Assembly (NCBI RefSeq): GCF_021404545.1
Contig: NZ_JAAWWD010000008.1
Span: 11,109-75,108, forward strand
Origin: Aestuariivita sp.
GTDB lineage: Bacteria > Pseudomonadota > Alphaproteobacteria > Rhodobacterales > Rhodobacteraceae
DNA: 64,000 nt
Direction of reading: 5' to 3'
The notes under the pieces are model-generated. The model worked only from the letters and a program-made list of their open reading frames with translations, made no database searches and had not been told where the DNA came from. Positions 47,773-59,502 of the stretch are shown here, piece after piece; within the stretch, counting starts at the first letter, position 1, and every line of letters begins with the position of its first letter. The translations under genes and the position numbers were made by a program.

Positions 47773-49440
47773 TCAGGCCGCAAAGCCCCATTTATAGTGG
47801 TGATGCTCGAACGCGATATGCATGTCGGCCCCCACGATCCCCGGTTTGTGATGACGATAAAGCGAGCGCCAGTAAGGTTGGCACGTCACGCCTTCTTCCT
47901 GGATCAGGGCCATGCCGCGCGCGGCCACTTCGGAGCGTTTCTCGGCATCCGCGATCGACAGGGCCTCTGCCAGGATCGCATCGAACTCGGCATTTTCCCA
48001 GCCAAACTCGTTCCAGGCCTGGCCCGAGCGATAGGCCAGCGCCCAGATCTGCACGCCCAGCGGCCGGTGGTTCCAGTTGGTGGAGCTATAGGGGTATTTC
48101 ACCCAATCGTTCCAGAAGGTGGACCCGGGCAGAACCGTCCGCCTGACTTTGAAACCCGCATCGCGCAGCTGGGCGGCCACCGCGTCGGTGGTGTTTTTGC
48201 GCCAGTCATCGTCAATCGACAGGATCTCATGCTCGAAATCCATCATGCCGGCTTCTTCCATCAGCGCACGCGCGCCTTCGGGATCCACGGATTGTTTCGG
48301 CAGTTCGGTGTATTCCGGATGCGCCGGTCCCACGTGGTGGTTTTCGGCCGCAATGCCACGACCGCCGGCCCCGATCTCCAGGCAGATCTCATTGTCGATG
48401 GCCATTTGCAGTGCTTTGCGGACGCGTTTGTCGGCATAGGGCTGCATGCCGTCGATCTCGGCCAGCTGGTTGGGCCGGATCACGATGGTGCCCATGGTGA
48501 CCACTTCGGACTTCTCGAATTCCAGCGCGTCGAGCACGTCGATGAATTCGCCCACGGATTCGTGGAGCATGTCGACCTCATCAGACTCGATCGCCGCCAC
48601 CCAGGCCGACGGATCGGTGCCGAAATCGACATACTCGATCCGGTCCAGATAGGGCCCGCCATAAACCTCGGTCCCCCACCATGTGTGGTCGGGGTTGCGC
48701 ACCAGGGTGCATTTCACACCGACCTCAAGCTCTTCCATCACGTAAGGACCGGTGCCGATATTGGCGGTAAAGTCGTCGTTCTGGTAGCTTGAATGGGTGA
48801 TGCAGGCCGGATAGTCCGACATGCCCGCGATCAGTGAGATATCGGGCGTGGGCAGATTGAGGCGCACGGTGTGTGTATCGATCATCTCAATGCCGCCCTC
48901 GATGGCGGCGTTGGTGTCAGGATCCACCAGGGAGGCGAACCGACCAGTCATCGAGTTGCCCTCAATCGACCCGTCGCACCATTTGACCAGATTGCGCACC
49001 ACGTCTTCGGCGGTGAAATCGTCTCCATTGCTCCATTTGACGCCTTGGCGCAGGTTCAGCGTGTAGACGGTGGCGTCATCGTTGATCTCCCAGCCGTCCA
49101 GCAGCATACCGCGGAAGGTCCCGTCTGAGTTGTACTCGACCAGATATTCCATGGTGCCGCGGGTCTGGTTGCCAAGCTCGGACCAGTCATAGGTGACCGG
49201 GTCTTTCAAGGCCCGCACGCTCATCTGCACGCGCAGCGTGCCCCCGGCTTGGGCATGGCCCGCGGCCTGAACGGGAGCGGACAGGCCGATCATCCCATAG
49301 GCGGCCATTGCCGTCACACCCAAAGCGGTCGCCCGGGTGAGGAATTCGCGGCGGCTCAGCTTGCCGTCAAGACATTCCTGAGCGTGCATTTTCGCCGCCC
49401 AATGAACAGGCTTTCCGTTAATGGTTTCGGTTGACATCAT
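47773..49440 (-). CDS. ABC transporter substrate-binding protein (family 5), Tat-exported
   Basis: LSRREFL twin-arginine signal; [18 protein letters not shown]; GTGPY. Confidence 0.92.
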   Translation of the reverse strand: MMSTETINGKPVHWAAKMHAQECLDGKLSRREFLTRATALGVTAMAAYGMIGLSAPVQAAGHAQAGGTLRVQMSVRALKDPVTYDWSELGNQTRGTMEYLVEYNSDGTFRGMLLDGWEINDDATVYTLNLRQGVKWSNGDDFTAEDVVRNLVKWCDGSIEGNSMTGRFASLVDPDTNAAIEGGIEMIDTHTVRLNLPTPDISLIAGMSDYPACITHSSYQNDDFTANIGTGPYVMEELEVGVKCTLVRNPDHTWWGTEVYGGPYLDRIEYVDFGTDPSAWVAAIESDEVDMLHESVGEFIDVLDALEFEKSEVVTMGTIVIRPNQLAEIDGMQPYADKRVRKALQMAIDNEICLEIGAGGRGIAAENHHVGPAHPEYTELPKQSVDPEGARALMEEAGMMDFEHEILSIDDDWRKNTTDAVAAQLRDAGFKVRRTVLPGSTFWNDWVKYPYSSTNWNHRPLGVQIWALAYRSGQAWNEFGWENAEFDAILAEALSIADAEKRSEVAARGMALIQEEGVTCQPYWRSLYRHHKPGIVGADMHIAFEHHHYKWGFAA

Positions 49441-49685
49441 ATCTCCCTTTTTTTGAACGGTGAGGATGGCTCGCCATGTGGCGTCCATTCGCTCCGCCAT
49501 GAGCGGCACACACCTTGTTGATCACGCGGATCTTGTTTTACAGCGATCCTTGGGCCCCATTCGGCACAAGTTTACCGGGCAGGTCAACGGCTGCATTCGC
49601 CTTTTCATGTACCATATGCGACATACGGCTGGGCTGAAAGCGACATCTTCAAAAATGTGAAGAGGTCCGCTTTAGGTTGAGGAGG

Positions 49686-50597
49686 TCATCCTGGGCTTAC
49701 GCGATGCCAGCTCAGCATGCGTTTGCGAAACCAAGTCCGCTGCCGCTTGGCGAATTGACGGGTCGCGACAGAGGCGCGGATGCGGGCCTCTTCCAGCGAT
49801 ATTTCGCCGGTGATATGGGCCATCAGTTCAGGCACTCCAATCGGTTTGAACGCGGGCATGGCCGGGTCGTAGTGAGGCGCCATTGCGGCCACTTCCTCCA
49901 GCGCGCCCAGATCCAGCATGTGCTCGAACCGCGCAAAGATACGCGCATTCAGCCATTCCTTGGATATGTCGAACACAATCGGCGTCGCCGCCTGAAGGGG
50001 CAACAGCGGGGCGGGGGTGTCGTCCTGCCAGGCCGCCAGGCTCCGCCCGGTGGCCGATTGAACCTCCCAGGCGCGCTGCACGCGGGCGCGGTTGACCTGG
50101 TCGATCCGTTGCCGCGTCCGGGGATCGAGATCCGCAAGCATCTCCTCGCGATCAAGGGTGTCGGCTTGGGCCCGCAGCTCCGCAGGTGTCGGCGGGATCT
50201 GCGCCAGCCCTTCGGTAAGCGCCATGAAATAGAGCCCGGTACCCCCGACGATGATCGGACGCTGCGGCCCGCTCAGCAGCGGCGCCACCTCACGCAGCCA
50301 GTGCCCGGCGGAATAGGTCGCGTCCCATGGCACGTGCCCATAAAGCCGGTGGGGCTGGCGGGCCTCGTCCTGGAGGGTGGGGCGTGCGGTGACCACGCGC
50401 CAGCAGTCATAGACCTGGCTGGCATCCGCGTTCACGATCACCCCGCCGTGACGCGCGGCGATCTCCATCGCAAGCGCGGATTTGCCCGAGGCCGTGGGCC
50501 CCGCGATCAGCACCGGCAGATCAGATGGAATGGGGGGCAATTGCATGATGGGCGCGAGGTCCTGCGGCAAGGGCGGGCTGATCTGCGCGGCACGCAT
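49686..50597 (-). CDS. miaA: tRNA dimethylallyltransferase (start uncertain; alternative 50546)
   Basis: [35 protein letters not shown]. Confidence 0.92.
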   Translation of the reverse strand: MRAAQISPPLPQDLAPIMQLPPIPSDLPVLIAGPTASGKSALAMEIAARHGGVIVNADASQVYDCWRVVTARPTLQDEARQPHRLYGHVPWDATYSAGHWLREVAPLLSGPQRPIIVGGTGLYFMALTEGLAQIPPTPAELRAQADTLDREEMLADLDPRTRQRIDQVNRARVQRAWEVQSATGRSLAAWQDDTPAPLLPLQAATPIVFDISKEWLNARIFARFEHMLDLGALEEVAAMAPHYDPAMPAFKPIGVPELMAHITGEISLEEARIRASVATRQFAKRQRTWFRKRMLSWHRVSPG

Positions 50598-50661
50598 TGA
50601 AACCCGGGCGGAATTGGGACATTTTGCGCTCAAATAATCCGGTGCCAAGGCGGAGCGCAAC

Positions 50662-51399
50662 ATGACCGACACCCCATCAGACCTTCCCGATACCAAATTC
50701 AAGCGCGTGATGCTTAAGATCTCGGGGGAAGCTTTGATGGGAGATCAGGGGTTCGGGCTGCACCCGCCCACGGTCGAACGCATCGCCGATGAGGTCAAGT
50801 CGGTCCATGATCTGGGCGTCGAGATCTGCATGGTGATCGGTGGCGGCAATATCTTTCGCGGGCTGCAGGGCAGCGCGCAGGGGATGGAGCGCACGACCGC
50901 TGACTACATGGGGATGCTGGCCACGGTGATGAACGCGTTGGCGATGCAGTCGGCGCTGGAGGCGCGCGGCGTCTTTACCCGGGTGATCAGCGCCATCACC
51001 ATGAACGAGGTGGCCGAACCCTATATCCGCCGCCGCGCCGTGCGGCACCTGGAAAAACAACGGGTGTGTATCTTCGCAGCGGGCACCGGCAACCCCTATT
51101 TCACCACCGATACCGCCGCCACCCTGCGCGCCAACGAGATGTCGTGCGAGGCGATCTTCAAGGGCACCAAGGTGGACGGGGTCTATGACAAGGACCCCAA
51201 CAAGTTCGACGATGCCAAACGCTATGACGAGGTCAGCTATGACGATTGCCTGACCAAACGTCTGGGCGTGATGGATGCGTCGGCCATTGCCCTTGCGCGC
51301 GACAACAATCTGCCGATCATCGTCTTTTCGCTGGATGAGCCGGGCGGCTTCCGGGGGATCCTCGCGGGGCGGGGCACCTATACCAAGGTACACGGCTAA
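50662..51399 (+). CDS. pyrH: UMP kinase
   Basis: [26 protein letters not shown]. Confidence 0.97.
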   Translation: MTDTPSDLPDTKFKRVMLKISGEALMGDQGFGLHPPTVERIADEVKSVHDLGVEICMVIGGGNIFRGLQGSAQGMERTTADYMGMLATVMNALAMQSALEARGVFTRVISAITMNEVAEPYIRRRAVRHLEKQRVCIFAAGTGNPYFTTDTAATLRANEMSCEAIFKGTKVDGVYDKDPNKFDDAKRYDEVSYDDCLTKRLGVMDASAIALARDNNLPIIVFSLDEPGGFRGILAGRGTYTKVHG

Positions 51400-51461
51400 A
51401 CCTATACAACGCCGCTGCAAAGCGGCTATAGCAATGCAAACCCTAAAGACAGAGCAGGCCC

Positions 51462-52025
51462 ATGTCAGACGATTTCATGCTTGATACCGACGATCTGGAG
51501 CGCCGTATGGACGGCGCCATCGCGTCTTTGAGAACCGAGTTCGCCTCGCTGCGCACGGGCCGGGCCAGCGCGTCGATGCTGGAGCCGGTGATGGTGGATG
51601 CCTATGGCGCATCCACCCCGATCAACCAGGTCGGCACCGTGAACGTCCCCGAGCCACGCATGGTTACCGTGAACGTGTGGGACAAGGGGCTGGTCGGCAA
51701 GGTCGAAAAAGCCATTCGCGAAAGCGGGCTGGGGATCAATCCCCAGACCAACGGCACCATCATCATGCTGCCGATCCCCGAGCTGAACGAAGAGCGGCGG
51801 CGTGAGTTGGGCAAGGTTGCCGGCCAATATGCCGAAGGCGCGCGGGTCTCGATCCGCAATATCCGCCGCGACGGGATGGACCAGATCAAGAAAGCCAAGG
51901 CCGACGGGCTGTCGGAGGATGACCAGAAATTCTGGGAGACCGAGGTGCAGGATCTGACCGACAAGATGATTGCCGCCGTCGACAAGGCGCTGGAAAACAA
52001 GCAATCCGAAATCATGCAGGTCTGA
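51462..52025 (+). CDS. frr: Ribosome recycling factor
   Basis: [24 protein letters not shown]. Confidence 0.97.
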   Translation: MSDDFMLDTDDLERRMDGAIASLRTEFASLRTGRASASMLEPVMVDAYGASTPINQVGTVNVPEPRMVTVNVWDKGLVGKVEKAIRESGLGINPQTNGTIIMLPIPELNEERRRELGKVAGQYAEGARVSIRNIRRDGMDQIKKAKADGLSEDDQKFWETEVQDLTDKMIAAVDKALENKQSEIMQV

Positions 52026-52033
52026 GCCAGCCC

Positions 52034-52792
52034 ATGCCCAAGGACCCGGCCCATGACCTTGCCGACGACACCCCGACGCTTGCGGGGTTTGACGGCCCGG
52101 CCCATGTGGCGATCATCATGGACGGCAACGGCCGCTGGGCACAGGCGCGCGGGCGGCCGCGGCTTTTCGGCCACCATGCCGGTGCGCGGCGGGTGCGCGA
52201 GGTCGTCGAATGCTGTCCGCGTCTGGGCATCAAATATCTGACGATCTTTGCCTTTTCGACCGAGAACTGGAAGCGGACCCAGGTCGAGGTTGCAGGTCTG
52301 ATGAGCCTCTTTCGACGTTATATCTCGCGGGAGCTGCGGGCGCTGAACGCCGAAAACGTGCGGGTGCGGTTCATCGGTGATCGGGTGCGGCTGGATGCCA
52401 AACTGGTTCAGCTGATGGACGAGGTCGAAGAAATCACCCGCTGCAATGATCGTGTGCATTTGACGGTCGCGCTGAATTACGGGTCGCGGGACGAAGTTGC
52501 GCGCGCGACCAAACGGCTGGCCCAGGATGTGGCCGATGGCCATCTCAAGCCCGCGGATGTCGATGAAGAGACGCTGCCGCGCTATCTCGATACGCGGGTG
52601 TTGCCGGATCCCGACCTGGTTATCCGCACCAGCGGCGAGGCGCGGATTTCGAATTTTCTTCTGTGGCAATCGGCCTATGCGGAGTACGAGTTCATCGACA
52701 CGCTTTGGCCCGATTTCTCGGCCGCCGAGTTGGAGCGCCTCTGCCGGTCTTTCGGAACGAGGGACCGCCGCTTTGGCGCGGTTGCCAAATGA
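52034..52792 (+). CDS. uppS: Undecaprenyl diphosphate synthase
   Basis: HVAIIMDGNGRWA, FSTENWKR, RTSGEARISNFLLWQ. Confidence 0.97.
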   Translation: MPKDPAHDLADDTPTLAGFDGPAHVAIIMDGNGRWAQARGRPRLFGHHAGARRVREVVECCPRLGIKYLTIFAFSTENWKRTQVEVAGLMSLFRRYISRELRALNAENVRVRFIGDRVRLDAKLVQLMDEVEEITRCNDRVHLTVALNYGSRDEVARATKRLAQDVADGHLKPADVDEETLPRYLDTRVLPDPDLVIRTSGEARISNFLLWQSAYAEYEFIDTLWPDFSAAELERLCRSFGTRDRRFGAVAK

Positions 52793-53580
52793 ACACGGCC
52801 GCGCAATGGCACGATCTGATCGTCCGTATGGGATCGGGCGCGGTTATGCTGGCGATCGGTCTGGCGGCTGTCGCGGCGGGCGGCGATATCTTTCATGGCT
52901 TCGTGGCGTTGATCTGCGGCGCGATGGTATGGGAACTGGTGCGGATGCTGGCCCCGGGCGTGCCCAATGTGGCCTGGCAACTGGGTCTGATGGCGGGCAT
53001 CGCGTCGATGGTTGCGATCTATCTGCCCGCGGGCGTGGCGCTGCCGCTCCTGATGGCGCCCGCGATTGTCGGCCTGGCCTGGCTGGACCAGCATCGCCGC
53101 CTTTATATGATCTTTGTCATCCTGGTGCTGCTTGCCGGGTTTGGCATGATGTCGGTGCGCGACGATTTCGGCTTTGTCTGGATGCTGTGGCTGGCGCTTG
53201 TCGTGGTGTCGACCGATGTGGCTGGATATTTCGCGGGCCGGATGCTGGGCGGTCCCCGGTTCTGGCCCCGGGTCAGCCCGAAAAAGACCTGGTCTGGCAC
53301 CGTGGCGGGCTGGATCGCAGCCGCGCTGGTGGGGCTTGTCTTTGCGCTGACCACCAAGGTTGGGCTTGAGCTGATCGGGATTTCCGCCGCTGTTTCCATG
53401 GCATCGCAAATGGGCGACATTTCGGAGAGTGCCGTCAAACGCAAGATGGGGGTCAAGGACAGCAGTTCGCTCATCCCCGGACATGGAGGCCTCTTGGATC
53501 GCTTCGACGGGATGCTGGGCGCGTCGGTCTTTCTGCTGATCGTAGGGCAGATCATCGGTTTTCCTCCGGGGCTGGCATAA
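52789..53580 (+). CDS. cdsA: Phosphatidate cytidylyltransferase
   Basis: SPKKTWSG, GDISESAVKRKMGVKDS, GHGGLLDRFD. Confidence 0.95.
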   Translation: MNTAAQWHDLIVRMGSGAVMLAIGLAAVAAGGDIFHGFVALICGAMVWELVRMLAPGVPNVAWQLGLMAGIASMVAIYLPAGVALPLLMAPAIVGLAWLDQHRRLYMIFVILVLLAGFGMMSVRDDFGFVWMLWLALVVVSTDVAGYFAGRMLGGPRFWPRVSPKKTWSGTVAGWIAAALVGLVFALTTKVGLELIGISAAVSMASQMGDISESAVKRKMGVKDSSSLIPGHGGLLDRFDGMLGASVFLLIVGQIIGFPPGLA

Positions 53581-54755
53581 TGGTGCGGCGGGTGTCGATC
53601 CTGGGGGCGACAGGATCTGTAGGGCAGAACACGATTGATCTGATTGCGCGCGCACCGGGCGAGTACGAGGTGGTGGCCCTGACAGGGGCCAGCAATATCG
53701 CCCAGCTGGCCGAGGATGCGCGGCGGCTGAACGCCCAGGTGGCGGTGACGGCGGATGCGGCGCGGCTGGAGGATCTGCGCGCCGCACTGGCCGGATCCGG
53801 CGTACAGGCCGCAGCCGGGCAGGCGGCTTTGGAAGAGGCCGCGTCGCGCCCCGCCGATTGGGTGATGTCGGCCATAGTCGGGGCCGCAGGGCTGAAGCCG
53901 GGTCTTTGCGCGCTTGAGCAGGGTGCCGTGCTGGCGTTGGCCAACAAGGAATCGCTCGTGTGCGCGGGCGCGCTGATTTTGAGCACCGCGCGGCGTCACG
54001 ATACGCATCTTTTGCCTGTCGACAGCGAGCATTCGGCGGTCTTTCAGGGTCTCGTGGGCGAGGATATGGCCACGGTTGAACGGATCATCATCACCGCCAG
54101 CGGTGGCGCCTTTCGCGACTGGCCGCTTGAGGCGTTGGAACACGCGACGCTGGCCGAAGCGTCCTCGCATCCCAATTGGGATATGGGACAGCGCATCACC
54201 ATCGATTCTGCCTCGATGTTTAACAAGGCGCTGGAGCTGATTGAAACCAAAGAGTATTTTGGCGTCCGACCAGATCAGATCGAGACCGTCATTCACCCTG
54301 AAAGCCTGATCCACGCCATCGTCGGATTTGTCGATGGCGGGCTCATGGCCCATGTCGGCCCGCCCGATATGCGACATGCGATCGGCTATGCCCTGCATTA
54401 CCCCGAACGGCGGGATCTGCCGGTGGCACGGCTCGATCTGCCGCAGATTGCCCAGCTGACCTTTCGGGAGCCGGATCTGCGTCGTTATCCGGCGCTGCGT
54501 CTGGCGCGGGCGGTGATGGAACGGGGTGGCCTCTCGGGTGCGGTCTTCAACGCCGCCAAAGAGCGGGCCCTTGATGCCTTCATCGCTGGGCACATCGGAT
54601 TTCTGGAGATGGCGGAGATCGTGGAAGAGGTTTTGACCCGGTTCGATGCGGAAACGGGTCGAATTGACGCCGAAATGACCCTTGATAACGTTATGCAGAC
54701 GGACCATTTGGCCAGAGAGCGGGCCGATCAGGTCATGGCAGAGCGAGCAGGATAG
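53580..54755 (+). CDS. dxr: 1-deoxy-D-xylulose-5-phosphate reductoisomerase
   Basis: LGATGSVG, LANKESLV, PVDSEHSA, HPNWDMG. Confidence 0.97.
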   Translation: MVRRVSILGATGSVGQNTIDLIARAPGEYEVVALTGASNIAQLAEDARRLNAQVAVTADAARLEDLRAALAGSGVQAAAGQAALEEAASRPADWVMSAIVGAAGLKPGLCALEQGAVLALANKESLVCAGALILSTARRHDTHLLPVDSEHSAVFQGLVGEDMATVERIIITASGGAFRDWPLEALEHATLAEASSHPNWDMGQRITIDSASMFNKALELIETKEYFGVRPDQIETVIHPESLIHAIVGFVDGGLMAHVGPPDMRHAIGYALHYPERRDLPVARLDLPQIAQLTFREPDLRRYPALRLARAVMERGGLSGAVFNAAKERALDAFIAGHIGFLEMAEIVEEVLTRFDAETGRIDAEMTLDNVMQTDHLARERADQVMAERAG

Positions 54756-54758
54756 AAT

Positions 54759-56111
54759 TTGGATATCATTGGACTTCTTCCCCAGTTCGGCGGTTTTGCC
54801 CTGACCATATTGGCCTTTGTCGTGGCGCTCTCGGTGATTGTGGCCGTGCATGAGTATGGCCATTACATCGTGGGCCGCTGGTCGGGGATCCATGCGGATG
54901 TGTTCTCGCTCGGGTTCGGGCCGATCCTGTATTCCCGGGTGGACAAGCGCGGCACGCGCTGGCAGATCGCGGCCCTGCCATTTGGCGGTTTCGTGAAATT
55001 CGCGGGCGACGCCAATGCCGCCTCGGGCAAGGATGCCGAGGCGATGGAGGAGGTGGCGCAGGATCCCGCCGCACTCAGGCGCACGATGCATGGTGCCCCG
55101 CTCTGGGCCCGGACGCTGACGGTGGCGGCTGGCCCTGCGTTCAATTTTATCATGTCTATTCTGGTCTTTGCCGGGATGTTCATGGTTCAGGGTCAACCGC
55201 GCGATCCGCTGACAGTGGGCGAGGTTCTGACCCTGCCCGGCGGCGCGCAGGAGTTGCAGCCCGGCGATGAGATCGTGGCGGTCGCGGGCGTGCCTGCGCC
55301 TGCATTCGATGATGTGGAGGCGTGGGATCCGTTTCGCGACGCGATGCCCGAGAGGCGCACGCTGGATTACACGGTGCGGCGCGATGGGGGCGAAACAATC
55401 GTGGCGGGGCCGTTCCTGTTGCCCCCATATATCCAAAGGGTCGCTCCGCGCAGTGCGGCGGATGACATTGACCTCAGACCCGGCGATGTGATCACGGCAA
55501 TTGATGGCGAACCGATTTTCGCCTTCGATCAGCTCAAACGCAGCGTTGAGGGGTCGAATGGCCGTGTGCTGTTGCTGGATGTCTGGCGCGAGGGGCAGAC
55601 CCTGCAATTTGCGCTGGCCCCCAAACGGGTGGACGAGCCCCAGCCCGAGGGCGGTTTCAGCACCGAATGGCGTATCGGTATCGTCGGTGGCATGGCGATC
55701 GAACCCGCGACCGAGGCGACCGGCATCGGCGCGGCCTTGGGCGGCGGCGTATCCCAGACCTGGTCGGTGATCGAAAGCTCGCTGTCTGGCATCTATCATA
55801 TGATCACCGGCGCGATCAGCACCTGCAACATGTCCGGTGTGATCGGTATCGCCGAAACCTCGGGGTCGCTGGCCAGCCAGGGCGCCGAGAGTTTCATCTG
55901 GTTCATCGCGGTTCTGTCGGTGGCGGTGGGGCTGTTGAATCTGTTTCCGATTCCCGCGCTCGACGGGGGACATCTTGTGTTTTATGCCTATGAGGCTGTC
56001 TCGGGGCGCCCCCCCAGTGACAGGGCGTTGCAGGTTCTGATGGCCACCGGCATCGCGCTGATCCTGACGTTGATGCTGTTTGCGATTGGCAACGATATCT
56101 TCTGCCCCTGA
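54759..56111 (+). CDS. rseP: RIP metalloprotease RseP
   Basis: VHEYGHY, PDZ domains, NLFPIPALDGGH. Confidence 0.96.
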   Translation: MDIIGLLPQFGGFALTILAFVVALSVIVAVHEYGHYIVGRWSGIHADVFSLGFGPILYSRVDKRGTRWQIAALPFGGFVKFAGDANAASGKDAEAMEEVAQDPAALRRTMHGAPLWARTLTVAAGPAFNFIMSILVFAGMFMVQGQPRDPLTVGEVLTLPGGAQELQPGDEIVAVAGVPAPAFDDVEAWDPFRDAMPERRTLDYTVRRDGGETIVAGPFLLPPYIQRVAPRSAADDIDLRPGDVITAIDGEPIFAFDQLKRSVEGSNGRVLLLDVWREGQTLQFALAPKRVDEPQPEGGFSTEWRIGIVGGMAIEPATEATGIGAALGGGVSQTWSVIESSLSGIYHMITGAISTCNMSGVIGIAETSGSLASQGAESFIWFIAVLSVAVGLLNLFPIPALDGGHLVFYAYEAVSGRPPSDRALQVLMATGIALILTLMLFAIGNDIFCP

Positions 56112-56237
56112 TCCGCGGATCGGGGGTGATGATCACGCGGATCGGCGGGAAAAGGCCGGGCGCTCTCGCTCAGACAAAATTCTGCCATATTGAGCAGCTA
56201 CGCTCCCGCGTATCACAGTGAGCTTAATAGGTGCGCC

Positions 56238-56363
56238 ATGACTATGCTGATGAAATCCTACCGGGGGCTGGGCCTGATGGTCGAGTTGAACTGGGACAGG
56301 ATCATCTATGTCTTTGCGATCTCTGTATCGCTTTTGGCAGGGCTCTATATCGGCTCTTTGTGA
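56238..56363 (+). CDS. 41-aa putative single-TM small protein (not in ORF track)
   Basis: MTMLMKSYRGLGLMVELNWDRIIYVFAISVSLLAGLYIGSL; AGGTG before ATG. Confidence 0.5.
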   Translation: MTMLMKSYRGLGLMVELNWDRIIYVFAISVSLLAGLYIGSL

Positions 56364-56493
56364 GCCACTTTCCCACAGACGGCCCAAGATGCGCCAAAGT
56401 CCCTGATTTTGATCGCATTCTTGCTTTTGACAAGGCTCTGTAATCCCGGTACTCACGTTCCCAATCAGGTGCAAAAAAACGGGTCGTGCTGCT

Positions 56494-58854
56494 ATGGGAT
56501 TGGGGACGAAAGCGCATACATGCTGCGCATCGAGGTCAGGTCAACTCCACATCTTGTATCGTTGGGCGACCCTGTTTTTCCTTGCGATTGCAACGGCCTT
56601 GGCCGTTTCCGCAAGTGCCGCGCAGGCTCAGGATTTCCGGTTCAGTTCGGTCCAGGTAGAGGGCAATCAGCGCATCGATACGGCCACGATCACGACATTC
56701 GCGGGAATCGCCTCGGGTCAGGCGGTCACCGGCGGTGAGTTGAACGACGCCTACCAGCGCATTCTCGACAGCGGTCTTTTCGAGACCGTGGAGTTGGAAC
56801 CCCGAGGCGGGACGCTGGTGATCCGCGTGGTCGAGTTCCCGACGATCAACCGCGTGAATTTCGAGGGCAATCGCCGGATCGACGATGAGGATCTGGCAGG
56901 CTTCATCGAAAGCACCCCGCGCCAGGTCTTCAACCCCGCGCAGGCCGAGCGTGACGCGAACACCATTGCCGAGGCCTATTCGCAACAGGGCAGGATCGCG
57001 GTCACGGTGAGCCCGCGCATTATCCGGCGCAGCGACAATCGGGTCGATCTGATCTTTGAGATCGGTGAGGGCGGCGCGATCGAGGTTGAACGTGTCAGCT
57101 TTGTCGGAAACCGTGTCTATTCGGACCGGCGTCTGCGCCGCGTGTTGCAGACCAAACAGGCCAATTTCTTGCGGGCCTTCATTCGGGCCGATACGCTGAT
57201 CGAGGACCGGATCGATTTTGACCGGCAGGTGCTGCGCGACTTTTACCTCTCGCGCGGCTATGTCGATTTCCGGGTGAATTCGGCCAATGCCGAACTGACC
57301 GAGGAGCGTGATGCGTTCTTCCTGGTGGTCAACATTCAGGAAGGGCAGCAGTTCAAATTCGGTGAGATCACCACCGTCAGCGATTATAATGGGGTCGATG
57401 CCGAGGTCTACCAGGACTCCCTGCGTATTCGCCCCGGCGTGGTCTATTCACCGCTGCTGATCGAGACCTCGATCGCGCGAATGGAGCGTCTGGCGCTGCG
57501 CAACGGGGTTGATTTCCTGCGGGTTGAGCCGCGCGTCACCCGCAACGATCGCGACCTTACCCTGGATGTTGAATTCGTCCTGACCCGTGGACCCCGCGTG
57601 TTTGTGGAGCGCATCGATATCGAAGGGAACACCACAACGCTGGATCAGGTGATCCGGCGCCAGTTCCGCGTGGTGGAGGGCGATCCCTTCAACCCCCGCG
57701 AGATCCGCGAGAGCGCCGAACGCATTCGCGCCTTGGGCTTTTTCGCCGATGCCTCGGTCGAAGCGCGTGAAGGCTCGACCTCGGATCAGGTCGTGATCGA
57801 TGTCGATGTGGATGAACAACCTACCGGGTCCCTGAATATCGGGGGATCGTTTTCGCGCAACGACGGGTTTGGTGTTGCACTGGGTATTCAGGAAAGCAAT
57901 TTCCTGGGCCGCGGTCAGAGCCTGTCTCTGAACTGGTCGACCGCCGAAGACTCCGAGATCTATACCTTTGGATTTGCCGAACCCAGTCTGTTGGGGCGCA
58001 ACCTGCGCTTTGACCTTGGGATCGGCTATACCGAAGAGGATTCCAGCTTTGCCAGTTACGATTCCGAGCGGATCTTTTTTCGCCCGGCATTGACGTTCCC
58101 ACTTGGTGAACGCTCGAACCTGTCCATCCGCTATTTTTTCGATGAAACCGAGATGCTGACCCGGACCAACGCGACGACCGGGGCCGTGATCGCCAACGAG
58201 ATTGCGCAAGGCGCGCGGTCGAGCAACGGGCTGGGCTATACGTTCAGCTTTGACAGCCGGTTGAGCGGGCTGAACCCCAATGCGGGTATCCTCTTTGAAT
58301 TCGGACAGGATTTCGCCGGGATCGGCGGTGACAACGAGTTTATCAAGACCACCGCCAAAATGACCGCCCAGACCCGCGTGTTTAACGAAGAGGTGACATT
58401 GCGTGCCTCGCTTGAAGGGGGCGCATTGGCCTGGAGCGGAACCGGGTCGAGCCGCATCACCGACCGCTTCATTCTCGGCCCGTCGATCATGCGCGGGTTC
58501 GAGCCCGCAGGCATCGGGCCGCGCGACCAATCCGGTGGCGCTGACGATGCGCTGGGCGGCAACCTCTATGCCGTTGCCAGGTTCGAGGCCGAATTCCCAC
58601 TGGGATTGCCCGAGGAACTCGGGATCCGCGGGGGCCTGTTCTACGACATCGGGAACCTGTGGGATCTGAGCGATGTGAACACGACCGGGGCCACAATCGT
58701 CGGCGCGGACGGCTCGGCGCGGCAAGTGATTGGCCTGTCGGTGTTTTGGGATACGGCAATCGGCCCATTGCGGTTCAACTTCTCTCACGCGTTCCAGAAA
58801 GAGAGCTTTGACCAGGAGCAATCTTTCGACTTCACGCTGTCGACGCAGTTCTGA
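56494..58854 (+). CDS. bamA: Outer membrane protein assembly factor BamA
   Basis: POTRA repeats (VQVEGNQRID), MRGF motif, terminal F. Confidence 0.97.
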   Translation: MGLGTKAHTCCASRSGQLHILYRWATLFFLAIATALAVSASAAQAQDFRFSSVQVEGNQRIDTATITTFAGIASGQAVTGGELNDAYQRILDSGLFETVELEPRGGTLVIRVVEFPTINRVNFEGNRRIDDEDLAGFIESTPRQVFNPAQAERDANTIAEAYSQQGRIAVTVSPRIIRRSDNRVDLIFEIGEGGAIEVERVSFVGNRVYSDRRLRRVLQTKQANFLRAFIRADTLIEDRIDFDRQVLRDFYLSRGYVDFRVNSANAELTEERDAFFLVVNIQEGQQFKFGEITTVSDYNGVDAEVYQDSLRIRPGVVYSPLLIETSIARMERLALRNGVDFLRVEPRVTRNDRDLTLDVEFVLTRGPRVFVERIDIEGNTTTLDQVIRRQFRVVEGDPFNPREIRESAERIRALGFFADASVEAREGSTSDQVVIDVDVDEQPTGSLNIGGSFSRNDGFGVALGIQESNFLGRGQSLSLNWSTAEDSEIYTFGFAEPSLLGRNLRFDLGIGYTEEDSSFASYDSERIFFRPALTFPLGERSNLSIRYFFDETEMLTRTNATTGAVIANEIAQGARSSNGLGYTFSFDSRLSGLNPNAGILFEFGQDFAGIGGDNEFIKTTAKMTAQTRVFNEEVTLRASLEGGALAWSGTGSSRITDRFILGPSIMRGFEPAGIGPRDQSGGADDALGGNLYAVARFEAEFPLGLPEELGIRGGLFYDIGNLWDLSDVNTTGATIVGADGSARQVIGLSVFWDTAIGPLRFNFSHAFQKESFDQEQSFDFTLSTQF

Positions 58855-58862
58855 GGCGGGGC

Positions 58863-59438
58863 ATGATCCGGCGGGCCACCTTTCTCGCCTTTGTACAAAG
58901 CGTGGGTCTTGTCTATGCGCTGGGTCTGGTGGGCATTACGCCGGGCGCGGCGCAGCAACTGGGGACGGTCCAGAGCCCTATTCTGACCGTCGAATCCGAA
59001 CGGCTGTTCACGCAATCGGCCTTTGGCACGCGGATCGCCCAGGAAGTCGAGGCAGAAAGCGCCGTTCTGGCGGCCGAAAACCGGCGGATCGAGGCCGAGT
59101 TGATGGAAGAGGAGCGGCTGCTGACCGAGCGGCGGGCCACGATGGACCCGGACGCGTTCCGGGCGCTGGCGGATGCGTTCGACGAAAAGGTCCAAGAGAT
59201 CCGGCGCACGCAAGATGGCAAGGCGCGCACTCTGGCGCAACGCCGCGATAATGACCGCGTCGTGTTCCTGCAAGCTATTGCCCCGGTTCTGGAACAACTG
59301 ATGCGCGACGCGGGTGCCGCCGTCATTCTTGAGCGTGGCAGCGTCTTTCTCAGCCTCAATGCCACCGATATCACCGAACAGGCGATCGAGCGCATTGACC
59401 AGGCAATCGGCGATGGTGCGGCCCTGCGTCCCGAATGA
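58863..59438 (+). CDS. skp: OmpH/Skp-family periplasmic chaperone
   Basis: Signal peptide, coiled coil, [11 protein letters not shown]; position between bamA and fabZ. Confidence 0.85.
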   Translation: MIRRATFLAFVQSVGLVYALGLVGITPGAAQQLGTVQSPILTVESERLFTQSAFGTRIAQEVEAESAVLAAENRRIEAELMEEERLLTERRATMDPDAFRALADAFDEKVQEIRRTQDGKARTLAQRRDNDRVVFLQAIAPVLEQLMRDAGAAVILERGSVFLSLNATDITEQAIERIDQAIGDGAALRPE

Positions 59439-59502
59439 CAGCGCGGCTTGCTCTGTCACCAGCGGCTTGCTAGTCACGCAGAACACTCAAAGACCAAGGC
59501 AG

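Noticed and set aside
53103-55973. 956-aa minus-strand ORF
   Set aside because: Antisense shadow across cdsA-dxr-rseP, typical of high-GC DNA
56231-56517. Track ORFs 56231-56443 (+) and 56302-56517 (-)
   Set aside because: No protein-like features; a different 41-aa frame is more plausible
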